Positions 39,011 through 53,620 of a DNA stretch of 64,000 bases are shown piece after piece (the first letter of the stretch is position 1; each line of letters starts with the position of its first letter). The position numbers were made by a program, and so were the translations under genes. The stretch is taken from positions 15,748,001-15,812,000 of the forward strand of contig OX597837.1 in assembly GCA_951406725.2 (NCBI GenBank), in the 5' to 3' direction. A model generated the notes under the pieces. The model was not told the DNA's origin and did no database searches. It was given only the letters and a program-made list of their open reading frames with translations. Source of the stretch: Octopus vulgaris. Its lineage: Eukaryota.

Positions 39011-40077
39011 AAGATCTGATGGCAAATCAGAGACAAATGACCGGAACCAAGAGATAGGTAAGACTGTGGCAAAAATGGTTAATTCCTGAACATTTCAGAA
39101 AATGAATTCAGCAAAATGAATTTATAAATCCAATCAATTATAATTAGACAAAATTCCATAATTAAAATAAAAAATAATTTATATATTTATTTTTTGAAAT
39201 AAATGAACATAAATAAATGTACAAAATATAATAAAAAAACGATTTTATATTTTTTTCTTTTTGTCGAAAATTTTTTTGAGAAAAGATTTTAAATGAAATT
39301 AAATTCGATATAATTAGCATTTATCTTCTAGACAAAGAGGAAGATGAGGGCAGAAATAGTAGTAGTAGTAATGGAGAGGGTGGTGGTGCTGATAGTAGTA
39401 GTAATAGTAGTAGTTGTGGCGGTAGCAGCAGCAGTAGTAGTTAAAAGCAAGGTAGACTTCCTGAAAGTGATTCAGTATATCATATATATATATATATACA
39501 CAGCATTTTCTTTTGCACTAATTATTTAATTTTAGCTAATGAGTTTTGCGAATATCATATATGGATCCAAGAAAAATAAAATAGACAAAAAATAAAAAAA
39601 AGAACACAAAAAAACAAAGCAACAACAACAAATATAGATATAGACAGACAGGAAATATGAATTCCTGGCCAAAGCAGAAGACAGAGAATTCTTCTTTACT
39701 CAGCAATCTCATCTGTGAAGCTTCAAGATTTAATTAACAATTTCAGTTTTAATTGAATTTCAACACAAAAAAAAAAAAACACAGAAGAAAAAAGGTAAAA
39801 TAATGTAAATAAAAAAGTGTAAAAAAAAATCTATAAATAAAAACGTAAAATTTCCTTCATCTAATTATACTTTTCCACAACTAATTTGTGATATTTATAA
39901 AAATTAATTCATTTGGATCAACTCGTAGTCTGGCAGAAAATATCCAGGGAAACCAGTCACACCTTGTTTTCTGATTGTTCAAAGTCATTCATACACTTTT
40001 TCACATTCCTTTGATTCTGTTGTACACTAACACACACACACACACACACACACAATGCTCTTCACATACAGTGTAGT

Positions 40078-40618
40078 CAGAGATACCTTCATAGCATTAA
40101 GGACACCCTGGCAAATCCAATTCACTAGTCTGAGCCCTATATTGTATATAAAGGGCTATATTCATTTATTGACAGCAAGCCATGACATACACAGATCATA
40201 ACCAAAAGCTCCTAGACATATCAGGTCCCTGGCAGATCAATGCACTGGCCCTAGATCATAATTGGGTCCCTAGACACATCAGGTCCCTGGCAATACAATG
40301 CACTGGGCCCTATATTATTCATTTATCAAATAGCAAACCAAACCCTTTATAGATCATAACCAAACCCCTAGACACATGAAGTTCCTAGCAAATCAATGCC
40401 CTGGGTCCTTTATTCATTGACAGCAAGTCACAGCATATATAGATCATATCTGGGCCCCTAGACACATTAGGTGCTGAGGTCCCTGGCAAATCAATGCATT
40501 GGGCCTTATAGAATTTAGTGACAGCAAGCCACAGTACACATAGATCAAAATTGGGCCCCCTTTAGCTGTGGGGTCCCTGGGTAATTGCCCAGCGTTTCCA
40601 TGTCTTATGTGGGTACTG
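40078..40618. mobile_element. hAT-type element with about five internal 60-100-bp tandem repeats
   Basis: Repeated unit CCTAGACAC..AGGTCCCTGGCAAATCAATGCACTGGGCC..ATTGACAGCAAGC..AGATCATA. The ends resemble those of 27488-28427. Confidence 0.6.
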
Positions 40619-40899
40619 ATTGTGACCCGCATCTTCGTTTCAAGCATAACCCTTTTCTTATTGCAGATGTAAGGTTTCATAGCATTTCTGCCACAGAGCC
40701 TCAGGTGAATGTCTTCATGAGAATCTGAAACTTTTTCAACCAGGCACAAGCATGGCTGTGTGGTTAAGAAGCTCTCTTTGCAACCACGGTATTTTAGATT
40801 TGCTCTCACAGTGTAGCACCTTGGGTAAGCGTCTTCTACTATAGCGTTGGGCTGACCAAAGCCTTGTGAGTGGATTTGGTAGAGGGAAACTGAAAGATG

Positions 40900-41612
40900 C
40901 TCATTGTGCATACCCGACAGAGTGTAAGTGCCCTGAGAGAAAAGTTGGACATAAGGAACATCAAATGTAGAGTGCAAGAGAGACGACTGTGCTGGTATGG
41001 TCATGAGTTACGTGTGGATGAGGACAGCTGTGTGAGGAAGTGCCACACCCTAACTGTAGAAGGAACCTGTGGGAGAGGTAGAACCAGGAAGACATGAGAT
41101 GAGGTGGTGAAGCATGACTTTGAACATTGGGCCCCACAGAGGCAATGATAGGAGACTGAGACCTTTGGAGATATGCTGTGATTGAGAAGAACTGGCAACT
41201 AAAGTGAGATCGAAGCCATGACTGATACCAGTGTTGCATGTCTGGCCCTTTGAAGAGTACCCTTGATGCACTGGGTGATATGATGTGCTTGAGAAGACCT
41301 GTTGAGTCAAGTAAAACCAAAATTGCACCTGTGGCCAGTGCCCTCTGATTGGCTCCCATTCCAGTGGCATGTAAAATGCATCATCTGAACATGGTTGATG
41401 CCAGTGCCCCCTGACTGGCTCCCATGCCAGTGGCATGTAACAAGCACCCACTACACTCTTGGAGTGGTTGGCATTAGGAAGGGCATCCAGCTGCAGAAAC
41501 ATTGCCAGATCAGATTGGAAGCTGGTGTAGCCGCTGGTTTTCCAGACCTCAGTCAAACTGTCCAACCCATGCTAGCATGGAAAACTGACATTAAACGATG
41601 ATGATGATGATG
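40900..41612 (+). mobile_element. RTE LINE 3' end (first family) with 3' UTR and (GAT)n tail
   Basis: Translation RRLCWYGHELRVDEDSCVRKCHTLTVEGTCGRGRTRKT*DEVVKHD. The 3' UTR reads GGCATTAGGAAGGGCATCCAGCTG..CATGCTAGCATGG..TTAAACGATGATGATG. Confidence 0.9.
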
Positions 41613-41884
41613 ATTATATATATATATATGTATGTATGTGTGTGTTACTGTGTCCTTGCCTACACCTCATGTGATAGTCGTAAACGAAAGTCACCATCAT
41701 GTCTTTCATTTCTAATGTTCTGTGGATTGGTCATGGTGGGTGGAGACTATTACGCTGCTTGGAAAGAAATGGGTGAGTGTTGGTGACAGGAAGGGCATCC
41801 GGCTGTAGAAAATCCATCTCAATGAACCCCATCTGACCCCTGGAAGAAGTGGATGTTGAAAAGATGACGAGGATGATGATGTCT

Positions 41885-41923
<39 letters not shown>

Positions 41924-42733
41924 TATACATACACATTCTCTCCCTCCCTCACACACACACACACACATGAAAGAGATAGCTTAATAAATCCCTTCCCCTC
42001 CCTATTCCCTTCCGCTTTTAGATGCCTTGTGCTGCCTCTCAGCAGTTTCCATCCTAACGAACCCACTGGTGTTAACTACTTCTAAACGGACTCGCAATGA
42101 AAATTCTAGGGATTAAAATTATTGGTTTAACAATTTTATTCATTTATTTAATTATATTAAACATCATAAGGGAGCCGGGGGGAAGGTAGGGGTATAAAGA
42201 AAATAAAAAAAAAACAATTCTAAATTTACAACAAAACTAACACAAAAATCAATCCTTGATATAGAATTTTGATCACAAATGATAAACCTAATTCCCTCAT
42301 TGAAATATGTTCTTCATAATTAGATTTTTCAATTATTCATTGGTTATTTCTCATTGTGATTGCAATATCTCATTGGAACCAGCCAAATCTAACGAGCTTC
42401 CTATTCTCTTATTATATCTATTTTTGTTGTTGTGGTTGTTGTTATTGAGGCTTCTGACTTTTCCTTATAATTTCAAAAATATGTTATTATATCATTTTTA
42501 GACTTTTGTGTTATTAATTATCGGCAAATATTTTCTGATATTCTTGAAAGTTTACCTATTTTTTTTTTTTTTTTCACAGATTCCCTTCCAATAAAGAAAT
42601 AGTTTATCTTTCTCAAAATATTTGCAAAATCAATCTATATGGAAATAAAATGCTTAAAATGTTAGACAACGAGTGAGAAGGGGCAATATATATATATGTA
42701 TATATACACACTCACAAGTACAAACACATGCAT

Positions 42734-42765
<32 letters not shown>

Positions 42766-43435
42766 GTACACATACATGCACACACACACAGAGTAAGGAT
42801 CAAGTTGATTGGAACTTCGCAATAAATTTGGTTCTACTATCAGAACAGAATCACATCATCGGTAATCAGCTGTTATTCTTAAAAATGCTTTTAAATAATA
42901 ACTTTAGTTTAGCAGATTAATGCCATGTGTGTATATAAATATATATTATATACCATGTATTTATATATATAAATATCTATTATATATAATATATAAATAT
43001 ATATTTATATACAGACACGCACACACAAAAATGTGTGCATATATATATGTGTGTGTGTATATATATATATATATATACAGACGTGTGTGTGTGTGTATAT
43101 ATATATATACAGACATGTGTGTGTATGTGTGTGTGTTGCAAAAGAAAAGGAAAAGCAGATATTAGATAACAAAGAATTATAGTGTATCAAGATTTCCAAG
43201 ATAGCGGCAGCAGAATGGTAAAATGATATTAATGGCATTAGAGAAAGAAAGAAGAAAAAAGACTCAACATTAAAAAAAAAAAGACAGGTATAAAAACAAA
43301 CATAGAAACAGAGAAAAAAAATGTTAAAAGTATATTTTAAAATATCAGGAAATGGTTTTGATTAATGACAGAAGAAATTGTAATGGAGAAGAGAGTGGAG
43401 TACATAATTTTAGATTTCATTTTAACCCCTTCCTG

Positions 43436-43472
<37 letters not shown>

Positions 43473-43789
43473 ATACACACACGTATATGCATATTATGAA
43501 AGACATTGTGCATGTGTTTGTTTCTTTTACGTTTGAGAATAACCAGGAATTTGTTGGGAAATCTAATCTTTTACCTTTTGGTTGTTTCAGTCATTGGATT
43601 GCAGCCTTAGAAGGTTTTAGTCAAACAAATTGACCCCAATATTTATTTATTTTGTAAGTCTAGAAATTACTTTATCAGTCTCTTTTGCTGAACTGCTAAG
43701 TTACAGGAATGTAAACAAACCAAAACCAGCTGTCAAGCATTGGTGGTGTGGACAAACACAATACAAAGACAAACCTACATACGTATCTA

Positions 43790-44640
43790 TAGCAGGTAAA
43801 AGTATATCAGAATAAAAGCATAAACAGGTGAACAGCTGGTATCAGGTCCGATTACAACGTTTATATATTGAAACACTGAGATAAAATGAGGGCAGAATTG
43901 AGTGTTACAGGAGTTTGAATCACAGGAAGTTGATACAGGATCAACTGAAGAATGTTCATAATGGTTAAGGTATCTGCTGGTATTCTCTCAGAATAGTTAT
44001 ATGCTCAGTCAAAATTACTGGTATTACTGGTCCAAGGTTGGTCATTGTAGGTAGAATCATATCTTCACCTAATACCAATAATTTTGACTTACTGCATAAT
44101 TGTTCCAGGAGCATAGCAGCATATGACCATTATGCACATTCTTCAGTTGATCTTATGTGAATTCCTTGGTGATCTCCTCAAAGATTCAATTCTAACCTCA
44201 GCTTGTGCCAATGTTTAAGAAGATAAATATTCTGATCTGATTCCAGTTGTTTTGCCTGCTCATGTTTTCAGAGTCATTTCACTCAATGACACTGAGCACT
44301 CAGCTGGAATTTGTTTAGAAGCACAAACTATGATTCTCTGTAGCAGCTGCTGACCATTTTTTACCATCTCTAGGGGCATTTTTGCCTGGTTTCCTGAAGC
44401 TGTTTCCACAGCCATTCTCCTGCATTTGAGATTCTCTTAATTTATAACAATATGACAACTCACTCGACACTTCAATATTTGTTCCTATATATCCATTGGA
44501 AGAATTTGAAGCCAATGAGGAAATACATTCTGGTAATATGGGATGAAACATGGTCGTATCTTTATGATCTGGAAATGAAGGTTCAATCCAAAGAATAGCA
44601 TCACCTATAACCAGTCTCATGATACAAAATTGTTTATTCC
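43790..44640 (-). mobile_element. Possible highly decayed LTR-retrotransposon integrase relic
   Basis: Weak motifs FHP...SSNG and LLQR..SKQIPAEC..LKT appear in integrase C-terminal order. There are many stops. Confidence 0.3.
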
Positions 44641-45696
44641 ATGATAAAGAAAAGAACCAAATCCTCAGAGTTCTTTATTGATTGTCCAAGGGGAAAAAAT
44701 GTAAAGCTGACCTCAGTGAGATTTGAACTCAGAAAGCAGAGAAACAAAACCAACACCTCAAGGCCTACTATTCAGTGCTCTAATGACTCAACTAATTCAC
44801 AGTATATAAGATTTAGCTATTAATTGTCAGTAAATAATTTACAGTGAATTAAGTGAGGAAGCAAAGTAAATTAAATAAATCATTAAATAAAAAATAAATA
44901 AATAAACTACTTTTATTTTCATTATTAAAAACAGATTATTTAAAAAAAATATTTGAAGAAAAAGAATTAAAATTAAAGAACAATAATTAAAAATAATTAA
45001 ATAGAAATCAAAATAAGGAGAAAAATAAATCACTGTTAAATTGTGTTTGAAATAAAAAGAAAAGCACCCCAAAACTTAATGTATTCAGAAATAAATTTTA
45101 ATTAAAAATTTAATTAAAAGTATTACAAAATATACTTCTTATGCAATTAACGAACATTGGTTTAGCTGAAACAACATCATATCTTATGAGAAAATTTCCA
45201 AAAAAAACAAAACTAAATAAAAACAACCGAATATATTCATAAAACATTCTTAAAAATTATTAAATGGCAAAAATTGATGGAGTATTGGATGAAATGTCTT
45301 GGCATATTTGGTTATAAACCGTTATGTTGAGGAACTTAAATTCGATGCTTATGAACAGAATTAATCTCAAGAATATGAATTATAAATTAGAAGTGTGTAA
45401 TTTGATGATAGAAGTAGAACAGCAGCCTTTAATGAGTGGTTAAGTGACTACGACATTGTCTGTGATCCTCCTGTGATATGTGGAGAGAGAGAGAGAGTTG
45501 TTAGATTCACAGGAGACACAGGAGACACTTGATGCATTTTGGTGCAATCAGTAAATACAATCACTTAGAATACAACAGATATAAGGTTCACAACCCATGG
45601 GAAGATGTTTTCTCTCTTTCTCTCCTAGATCAGTGCATGGTAATGCCTTGTATACACATTCATACACACACACACACGCATACATTTCATTCATTC

Positions 45697-46004
45697 AATC
45701 ATCATCATTTAATGTCTGTTGTCCATGCCGACATGGGTTGGACAGTTTGACCAGGGTTGGCAAGCTGGAAGGCTGCACCAGGCTCCAGTCTGTCTTGGCA
45801 TGGTTTTCTATGGCTGGATGACCTTCCTCATGCCAACCACTCTGAGACTGTAATGGGTGCTTTTACGTAGCACCGGCACGGGTGCCATTTGCGTGACACT
45901 GGTATCTGTCATGATTGTGATTTTGCTCAGCTTCATGGGTCTTCTTCTCAAGCATGACATAATGCCAAAGGTCACGGCCATTGCCTCTGTGAGGCCCAAC
46001 ATTC
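45697..46004 (-). mobile_element. RTE LINE 3' end (first family)
   Basis: LGLTEAM coding tail plus a 3' UTR homologous to 41120-41612. Confidence 0.8.
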
Positions 46005-46675
46005 AATATCTATACGAACCATTTCTTTTTATTCATGGAAATTATTTTGCTTTACCTGTGTACTGTGTGTGTGTGTGTGTGTGTAAGACTGTATATGTGC
46101 AAGGGTATGAGTGTACATATGTCAGTGTATGGGCATCTGTGTGTGTGTGTGTGTGTATACATCCATGTGTGAAGGGGTGTATGTGCATGTGAAAACGTGC
46201 ATATGTATGCACACACCACTGCCTGCCTCTAGACATAACTGTCGACATGCACGTGTATACGAATGTATGGGTATGCATCTCTATGCAGACATATATGTGT
46301 GTATGTACATATGTATATGTGTAGGCGTGTCTGTGTGTGTATGCCTATATGAATATCCATGGAGATGTGTCTACGCATGGTTGTATGTGTGTGTGTGTAG
46401 GTGTGTGTGTAGGTGTAGGTGGGCCTAAGTGTATACTAGTGAATAACTCTGTTGTTGTAGTTATCATTATAGTAGTAGCAGCAGCAGCAGTAGTAGTAGT
46501 AGCTATTGTTGTTGTTGTTGTTAAATATCGGAATTAAATAATAAAACATTATTACAAGTTGACATTTTCTGTCAAATATGTTTCTGACATTTTGAAAGGG
46601 AGGAAAAAAACAGAATCAGCAAAAAAATAAACAAACGACTAATCCCCACCCACCCACCAAAGAAGTATGTGTGTG

Positions 46676-46727
<52 letters not shown>

Positions 46728-48400
46728 TAGATAGATAGATACACACACACACACATATATATAAATATATACGTACATATATGTAAACATTTATATATAC
46801 ATATATCTATGTGTGTGCTTGTGTGTCTTTGTGTCTGTTTTTGTCCCCCACCACTGCTTGATAACCTGTGCTGGTTTGTTTATGTTCCCTATAACTTAGT
46901 GGTGCAGCAAAAGTGACCGATAGAATCAGTACCAGGCTTTGAAAACAAAATGTCCTGGGGTTGAGTCATTCGACTAAAAGTTCTTCAAGGCAGTGCTCCA
47001 GCATGGCCGAAGTCTTATGACTGAAACAAGGAAAAGATGAAAGACAGGCATGAATGTGCATTGCTGTATGTCCACACATTTGTTTACGTTTGTGCTTTTC
47101 TGAAGATCTCACCCTAAAAACAGTCATTTCTCCTGTAAAGAATTTGTCCATTGTCACCTTTGGAACTGTGAAATACAGAACACTTGACGTGAAAACCAAG
47201 CTGAAATGGCTTACAATCACAAGGGGCTGACTGAATACACGGCTCATCAGAGTCACACAGGAATGCATATATCTTCATCATCATTTTAATGCTTACGCTT
47301 CCCATGCTTGCATATAGGGCAGACAGAATTTCATGGGGCATATTTTCCATGGCTGGATGCCCTTCCAGTCACCAACCTTCAACTGTTTCCAAGCAAACCA
47401 ATGTTTCTACATGGCCAGACATGTTTCGAAGGAAGATTGGAAGTGAACAACAACATTTCTATGATGATGATGATGATGCTCAATTATAACCATCACATGA
47501 TTTAAAGATACACGCACACACAATTTACATGTGTATGTGTGTGTGTCTACATACACACACACACACACATGCACACAACACACACACGCAGATACACCAA
47601 TATATGTGTCCATGTGCATGTGTGTTTGCACACATTGTGTCTGCATGCATGTGTGTGTGTGTGTGTGTGCATGTCTGCATGCATGTGTGTATATAAATTA
47701 TATATATATATATTATATATATATATATACATATTCTATTTGTGTACATGTGTGTGTGTGTGTCACCTCCTCCCCACCAGATATTTGCCAACATCAACGA
47801 CACACGTGAAGCAGCAGTCACGTATTTCTCATCAATTTTATTCAAAAGCATTTTCCAGTTGGTTTTTCCCCATTTTTTTCCCTTCCCAACCGATTTTCAT
47901 CTTCTGTCATCTTAACTCTTGCACACAATACACTGTATCAAGTGGGGACGGTGGGGGTGGGTGGGGGGTGGGGATAATGGTGACAACGATGATGGTGATT
48001 GAAGACGATGATGATGATGATGATGCTGGTGTATCCCTGCACTGGTGGTGACGGTGGTGGTGATGTTCAGCTCGAGGTCGACATTGATCAACAAGACATG
48101 TGATCAAAGGCATTTCAACCAGGGCCATCCACCCTCTTTCAAGATGATGATGACAACACCAATAACATGGACAATGTTGATGTGGCGTTGATCTTGTTGA
48201 TGAAGATAGTGGTGATGGGGATTATAATGGCGATGATGATGACGATGATGATAATGATGCTGGTAACATATATATATATATCCATATATATATATATATA
48301 CACACACACATATATATATATACACATATATGTACACATATATATACACATATACATATATACACACATATATATACACATACATATATATGTGTGTGTA

Positions 48401-48449
<49 letters not shown>

Positions 48450-48477
48450 GATGATATATACATACATACATACATAT

Positions 48478-48512
<35 letters not shown>

Positions 48513-49064
48513 AATCAAAAGGATGTGTTATACTACTATCCCAGATATACACCAACAATCCAACATACCTCCATCATCAGCTGCCCCACGGATATCATTA
48601 TAGTTTCGACACCTGGCCAGGACCATTCAATCTGGTGGTGTCAACAGCACTAAAATAAGTGTTGTTTGGGAACAAAGAAACCAAAGAAACCACAACTTTC
48701 AAACACATCCACCCAACGTACAACTGCATTGATAAATACATTCAATAAGTAAATTACAACCACTCCTTCAATACGTAACACCAACAACTCTATTAAGTCA
48801 TACAAAATTTATAATCCCTTCTGTCTTCCGTAGTGCAATATAAACGTAAAAGCTTAATAACCTCATTATTTCAATCAATCAATAAATAGGCAGGATTAAA
48901 GACTAACTTTAATGAAACTACAACAAAGACATACATAAGCCAGTAAGTTGTAGAAACCATGCCAAAACAGATTTTGGGACTTGATGCAGTTCTTGAATGG
49001 ATCGGTTCCTGTCCAACCCATGTCAGCATGGAACATGGACGTAAAATGATGATATATATATATG

Positions 49065-49095
<31 letters not shown>

Positions 49096-49099
<4 letters not shown>

Positions 49100-49326
49100 C
49101 TTTACTACCCACAAGGGGCTAAACACAGAGGGGACAAACAAGGACAGACAAAGGTATAAAGTTGATTACATTGACCCTAGTGTGTAACTGGTCCTTAATT
49201 TATCGACCCCCAAAGGATTAAAGGCAAAGTCAACCTCGGCGGAATTTGAACTCAGAACATAACGACAGACGAAATACGGCCACACATTTCACCCAGCATG
49301 CTAACCACTCTGCCAGCTCGCCGCCT
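49096..49326 (-). mobile_element. SINE family A, full length
   Basis: Reverse complement of 30725-30942. A similar copy lies at 58217-58450. Confidence 0.9.
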
Positions 49327-50039
49327 TTATGAAAAGATATATATATATATATGTGCATGTGGGTGTGTCTTTCCTTGTGTATGTATTTGTCCCCCACCAG
49401 TGCTTGACAACTGGTGTTGGTTTGTTTCCATCCTTGTAACTTAGCAGTTTTGGAAAAGATAGCAACAGAATAAGTATGAGGTTTAAAAACAAGTCCTAGG
49501 GTCGATTTGTTCAGGTAACCCCTTTAACGCAGTACCCCAGATAAAGATGAAAGACAAAAAAAAAACAAAATATGATGCAAAAGAAAAAGAAAACTTTCTT
49601 GAGAGAAAGTAACAAGTGTTGACTTAGAAGAAAAAAACTCCAAAAAAACAAAGACAAAATCTTGAGATTTCCTTCATTTATGCAAATTCCGTTTTCAGGA
49701 AAAAGCATCAACAAAATTAGTTCAGGAATTGCAATCATGGAATTCAGCAGACATGGCTCTGCACATATGTGCAAGCATGCAGGCATGCATGCGTGCGTGC
49801 ATGAAATGCGAGAGATGAAGAGGAGAGAATGCACTTGGAAATCTGAAAAGTCCTTCCGTCATTAAATCGCAATCTAATTTGTGAGATGGAATCAAAAATA
49901 AGTTTTCCAAAATTCCTCTTTCTTATGTTCGCTGCAGCATAATTAGAAGTCTCGTTATTGTTTTGTAGCAATAAAATCTGCTAATTACCAGGGAAAGTAG
50001 TATTATGGTTAGCATAGAAATTAGGTGTACTAAATCAAT

Positions 50040-51180
50040 ACGGTGGTGGTGGTGGTGGGGTTGGTGGGAATTGTGATAACTGCGGAGGTGGTGGTAGTGG
50101 TGGTAATGGTGGGAGTGGTAATGGATGTGGCAGTGGTTGAGGTGGTGGTAGTGGTGGCTGTGATGGTGGGAGTAATAAAGAATGTGGTGATGGTGATGAT
50201 GATGGTAGTGATGGTGGTGGTGGTGGTATAGATTTTGATGAAGGTGTTAGACTAGCAATGGTGGTGCTGGTGGTGGTAACGGTAAGGTATTGGTGCTGGC
50301 GATAGTAGTGGTTATTGTTGTTGTTGCTGTTAGCTTGAGGTCAATCCTCATCAAGCAGACCTATGATCAAAGACATTCCAGCCATGACCATCCTGTCTTT
50401 TTCCTGTGTCCAAGAAACCCAAGACCACTTCATCCAAAGTGTCCTTTTCCTAACTTGAGTGGTTCAGGATTTAAAGGAAATTCAGCTACTATTTCCAGCA
50501 TGTCGAGCAACCACATAGAGGCTCCCTCTTTGGCTAGAAATGGTATTGGTGGTGGTGGTGGTGGTGGTTGATGGCTAGTTGTGGTGTAGTAGTAGTATCA
50601 GTGGTGATGGTTGCAGTAGTGGCAGTGAGGATGGGTGTGGTGGGGTGGGCGTGGTAGCCTTGGTGGTGGTGGTGGTGGTGGTGGTGGTGGTGGTGGTGGT
50701 GGTGATGGACTTAGCGGTGGTGGTGGGGTTGGTTTTGGTGATAGAATTGTTGTTGTTGTTGCTGCTGTTGGTGGTGGTGGTGGTGGTGGTGGTGGTGAGG
50801 ATGGAGTTCATAATGGTGGTGGTGGTGTACTGGCAATATGGCTGCAGAAGTAACAGCAGCAGCAGCAGTAGTAATATTAGTAGTTTGTAAATTGAAGGTG
50901 TTAGTAGTAGTAGTAGCAGTAGTAGTAGTAGTAGTGATAGTAGTAGTGATAGTAGTAGTGATAGTGGTGGTGGTGGTGGTGGTGGTGGTGGTGGTGGTTG
51001 CAGCAGTAGTAATATGAGTAGTTTGCTAATTGGTGATTATGGAACTGTTGTCATTGTCAGTGTTGTTGTTGTTGTTAGTGGTGGAGGCAGTGGAGGCAGT
51101 GGAGGTGGTGGAGGCAGTGGAGGTGGTGGAGGCAGTGGAGGTGGTGGAGGCAGTGGAGGCGGTGGTACAGCTACAACAGT
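50040..51180. repeat. (GGT)n/(AGT)n low-complexity region with an 18-bp GGAGGTGGTGGAGGCAGT minisatellite
   Basis: Seen directly; interrupted by a family D repeat at 50330-50525. Confidence 0.9.
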
Positions 51181-51811
51181 AGCAGCATTAGTAGTGTTGT
51201 TAATCTCCATCTGTGAAACAAAAACCCATCAATGGCTGTCGCTGCCATTTCTTATTTTTACCCTTTTATTCTCGGCAACTTTCCCCATCGAATCCCTCCA
51301 TTGTTAAAAAGTGCAAAGCATGGCCGTGCGGTTGAGAAGCTCGTTTGGCAACCACGTGGTCTTCGGTTCAGTCCCACTGAGTGTCACCTTGGGCAAGTGT
51401 CTTATCTACTAAAACCCCAGGCCATCCAAAGCCTTGCCATCATGTGTGTGTGTGTGTGTGTGCGGGCGCGCGTGTGTGTCCCCTACTGTTTGACCACTGG
51501 TGTTTGTTTGTTTACATCCCCAAAACTTAGCTGTTTGGCCAACGAGATTGATAAAGTACCAAACTTAAAGACAAAAACAAAGAAGTATTGGGGTCGGATG
51601 TGTTTTTGCCAAAAAAATCCCTTTCAAGGCTCTGCCCCAGCATGGCCACACTCCATATAAAAATAAGCAACCCCATCATTAAAATCTCAAAGCTTCAAGA
51701 TAACCTGATTCATTCAAAACCATTAAGAAGCATTAGATTTGACAGAATAATCTGAATTCTAAGGGGTCAAGGAAAGGGATCGCAACATAAAACTATGAAG
51801 AAAGGCATTAA

Positions 51812-52175
51812 TCTCTCTGTATATAAAGCTGAAGTTGTCTGTGTATGGCCAGTTTGGTAGCCTTCAACAAACACTATCTCCTCCGAGACCCTGCAGCACA
51901 AAGGTTTGCTCTTCCTTCTGTAGAAGAAAATAATTCAAATTGGACTATGTTAACACCAAAAATTATTTACATCAAAAAGGTGCTTTTTTACTATGAAAAT
52001 CCCTATTTTTTTACGATTCTTTAACTGCTGTGTCGCCATTTTTCAGTGTATTTCAACCAGAAAAATGTTCACTTAAAGAGAATAACAAGCTACATAATGC
52101 AAAATTTTTACTTTTCAAAAATTCCAATTCTAAAGCGTCAAAACAAACCCGAGCAACGCCGGGTGATACTGCTAG
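51812..52175 (+). mobile_element. Non-autonomous Helitron
   Basis: Begins A/TC at 51811/51812 (TCTCTCTGTATATAAAG) and ends CTAG/T at 52175/52176. A GC-rich hairpin CCCGAGC-AAC-GCCGGG at 52148-52163 lies 12 nt from the end. No TSD. Confidence 0.85.
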
Positions 52176-53289
52176 TTTAAATATATTTTAAAATCAAAGC
52201 AGAGATGTTCTAAGTAACTTTAGTATTAAAAGACTGTAAAATACTCCTCAGAAAATTTATCTTCAGCTCAGTTCCGATTTTGATAGAATATTTGGCAGAG
52301 CATTTTCTGATGTCTTTTGTTGTTGGCCTCTGAACCAGTTGACCAGTAATGGCTGTTTGTTGTCATTGGGTCAAGGATGACCCAGCAGACCTCCAGGTCC
52401 AAACATATTCCAGTCACACCAATCAGATCTTTTTTCGTCTTTTTTCATTTTTCACAAATAAGATGCAAGCATGGTCGGGTGATTAAGAAGCTCACTTCCC
52501 AGTCCCATGGTCTCTGGTTCAGTCCCACTGCATGGCACCTTGGCCTTTTACTACAGCCCTGGCTGACCAAAGCTTTATGGAGTGGATTTGGTTGACGCCA
52601 ACTGAAAATTAGCCAATTGTATATATGTGTGTGTGTGTGTGAGTCAGATTTTGTTCCCCACACCACTTAACAACGGGTGTTGGTTTGTTTATGTCTATGT
52701 AACTTAGGATTTCAGCAAAAGAGTTTGAGACTTAAAAAAGTAGGTGGTGGTGGGTGCAATTTGCTTGAATATAACTGGTCAAGATGGTACCCCAACATGG
52801 CTGGAATCTAATGGCTAAAATAGTAGAAGTAAACAGTAAAGTAAACAATGGAAGAGAATGTATTTAGGTGTCCATTAAGTTTGATCCGAGGGAGATTTGG
52901 CTGTTATTTCCAGCAGGTCAAGTGACCACGTAGATGGTTCTCTTTAGATATCCACTCAGAGTAATTGATGGTCCATCAAATTGTTGGTGAAAAATAGTTT
53001 TGTTGGTTTTTCCTCTTTTTATGACAACATTTCCAATAAAATACACTATCCATGGATTTCAATTAATTTTGAAAATAATGAAAGAATTTTGGTGAAGGAA
53101 CTCTCGTTAAGTTAGTGTTTGGAACGTAACTCAACAAAGAGGTTCTCACATAAAATTATAATGGAAGGTTTTAATTAAAAAGTGAAAGCTTTCAAACAGT
53201 TTTGTAGAAGAGGAATGGTCTCAGGTTGGTTGGCGGCAAAACTCAGTAAAGTATTCTGCAAACAATAACCACACAGCTTTGTCTTCGTT

Positions 53290-53620
53290 TTATCCAGGTA
53301 ATGCATCCCAACCAGGTGGTCTCGGGTTCAGTCTCACTGTGTGGCACCACGGGTAAAAGTGTTCTACTGTAGACCAAAGACTTGGGAATGAACTTGGTAG
53401 ATGAAAACTGAAAGATGCATGTGTGTGTGTGTATATCCTTGTTTTGACAAAATGTGAAGATTGTAAACAAGCATCACTGTCATACAAGCAGTGTTGTTTG
53501 CTTCCAGTCCTCCACAAAAAAGCATGTCTAGCAAAAGGGAAATATTACTTTGCTGAAAACAGGTGAAGGTTGGCAACAGGAAAAGCATCCAGCTGTACAA
53601 AATTTGCCTCAATAAACTTC
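53290..53620 (+). mobile_element. Chimeric SINE: family B head with an RTE-like tail
   Basis: The family B head is followed by ..GGAAATATTAC..AAACAGGTGAAGGTTGGCAACAGGAAAAGCATCCAGCTGTA. Relatives lie at about 24720-24950, 27000-27330, 41640-41885, 47275-47500(-) and 56370-56600(-). Confidence 0.7.

Noticed and set aside
40100-40560. Regularly spaced repeats superficially like a CRISPR array
   Set aside because: The whole units are homologous with no unique spacers, the context is eukaryotic, and there are no cas genes.
47943-47973. G-quadruplex-capable G runs (also about 55690 and 57827)
   Set aside because: They are common in this low-complexity background, with no evidence of function.
51014-51307. 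ORF with (SGGGGG)n resembling a synthetic Gly-Ser linker or glycine-rich protein
   Set aside because: It is an 18-bp minisatellite within a wider (GGT)n low-complexity tract, with no vector or gene context.
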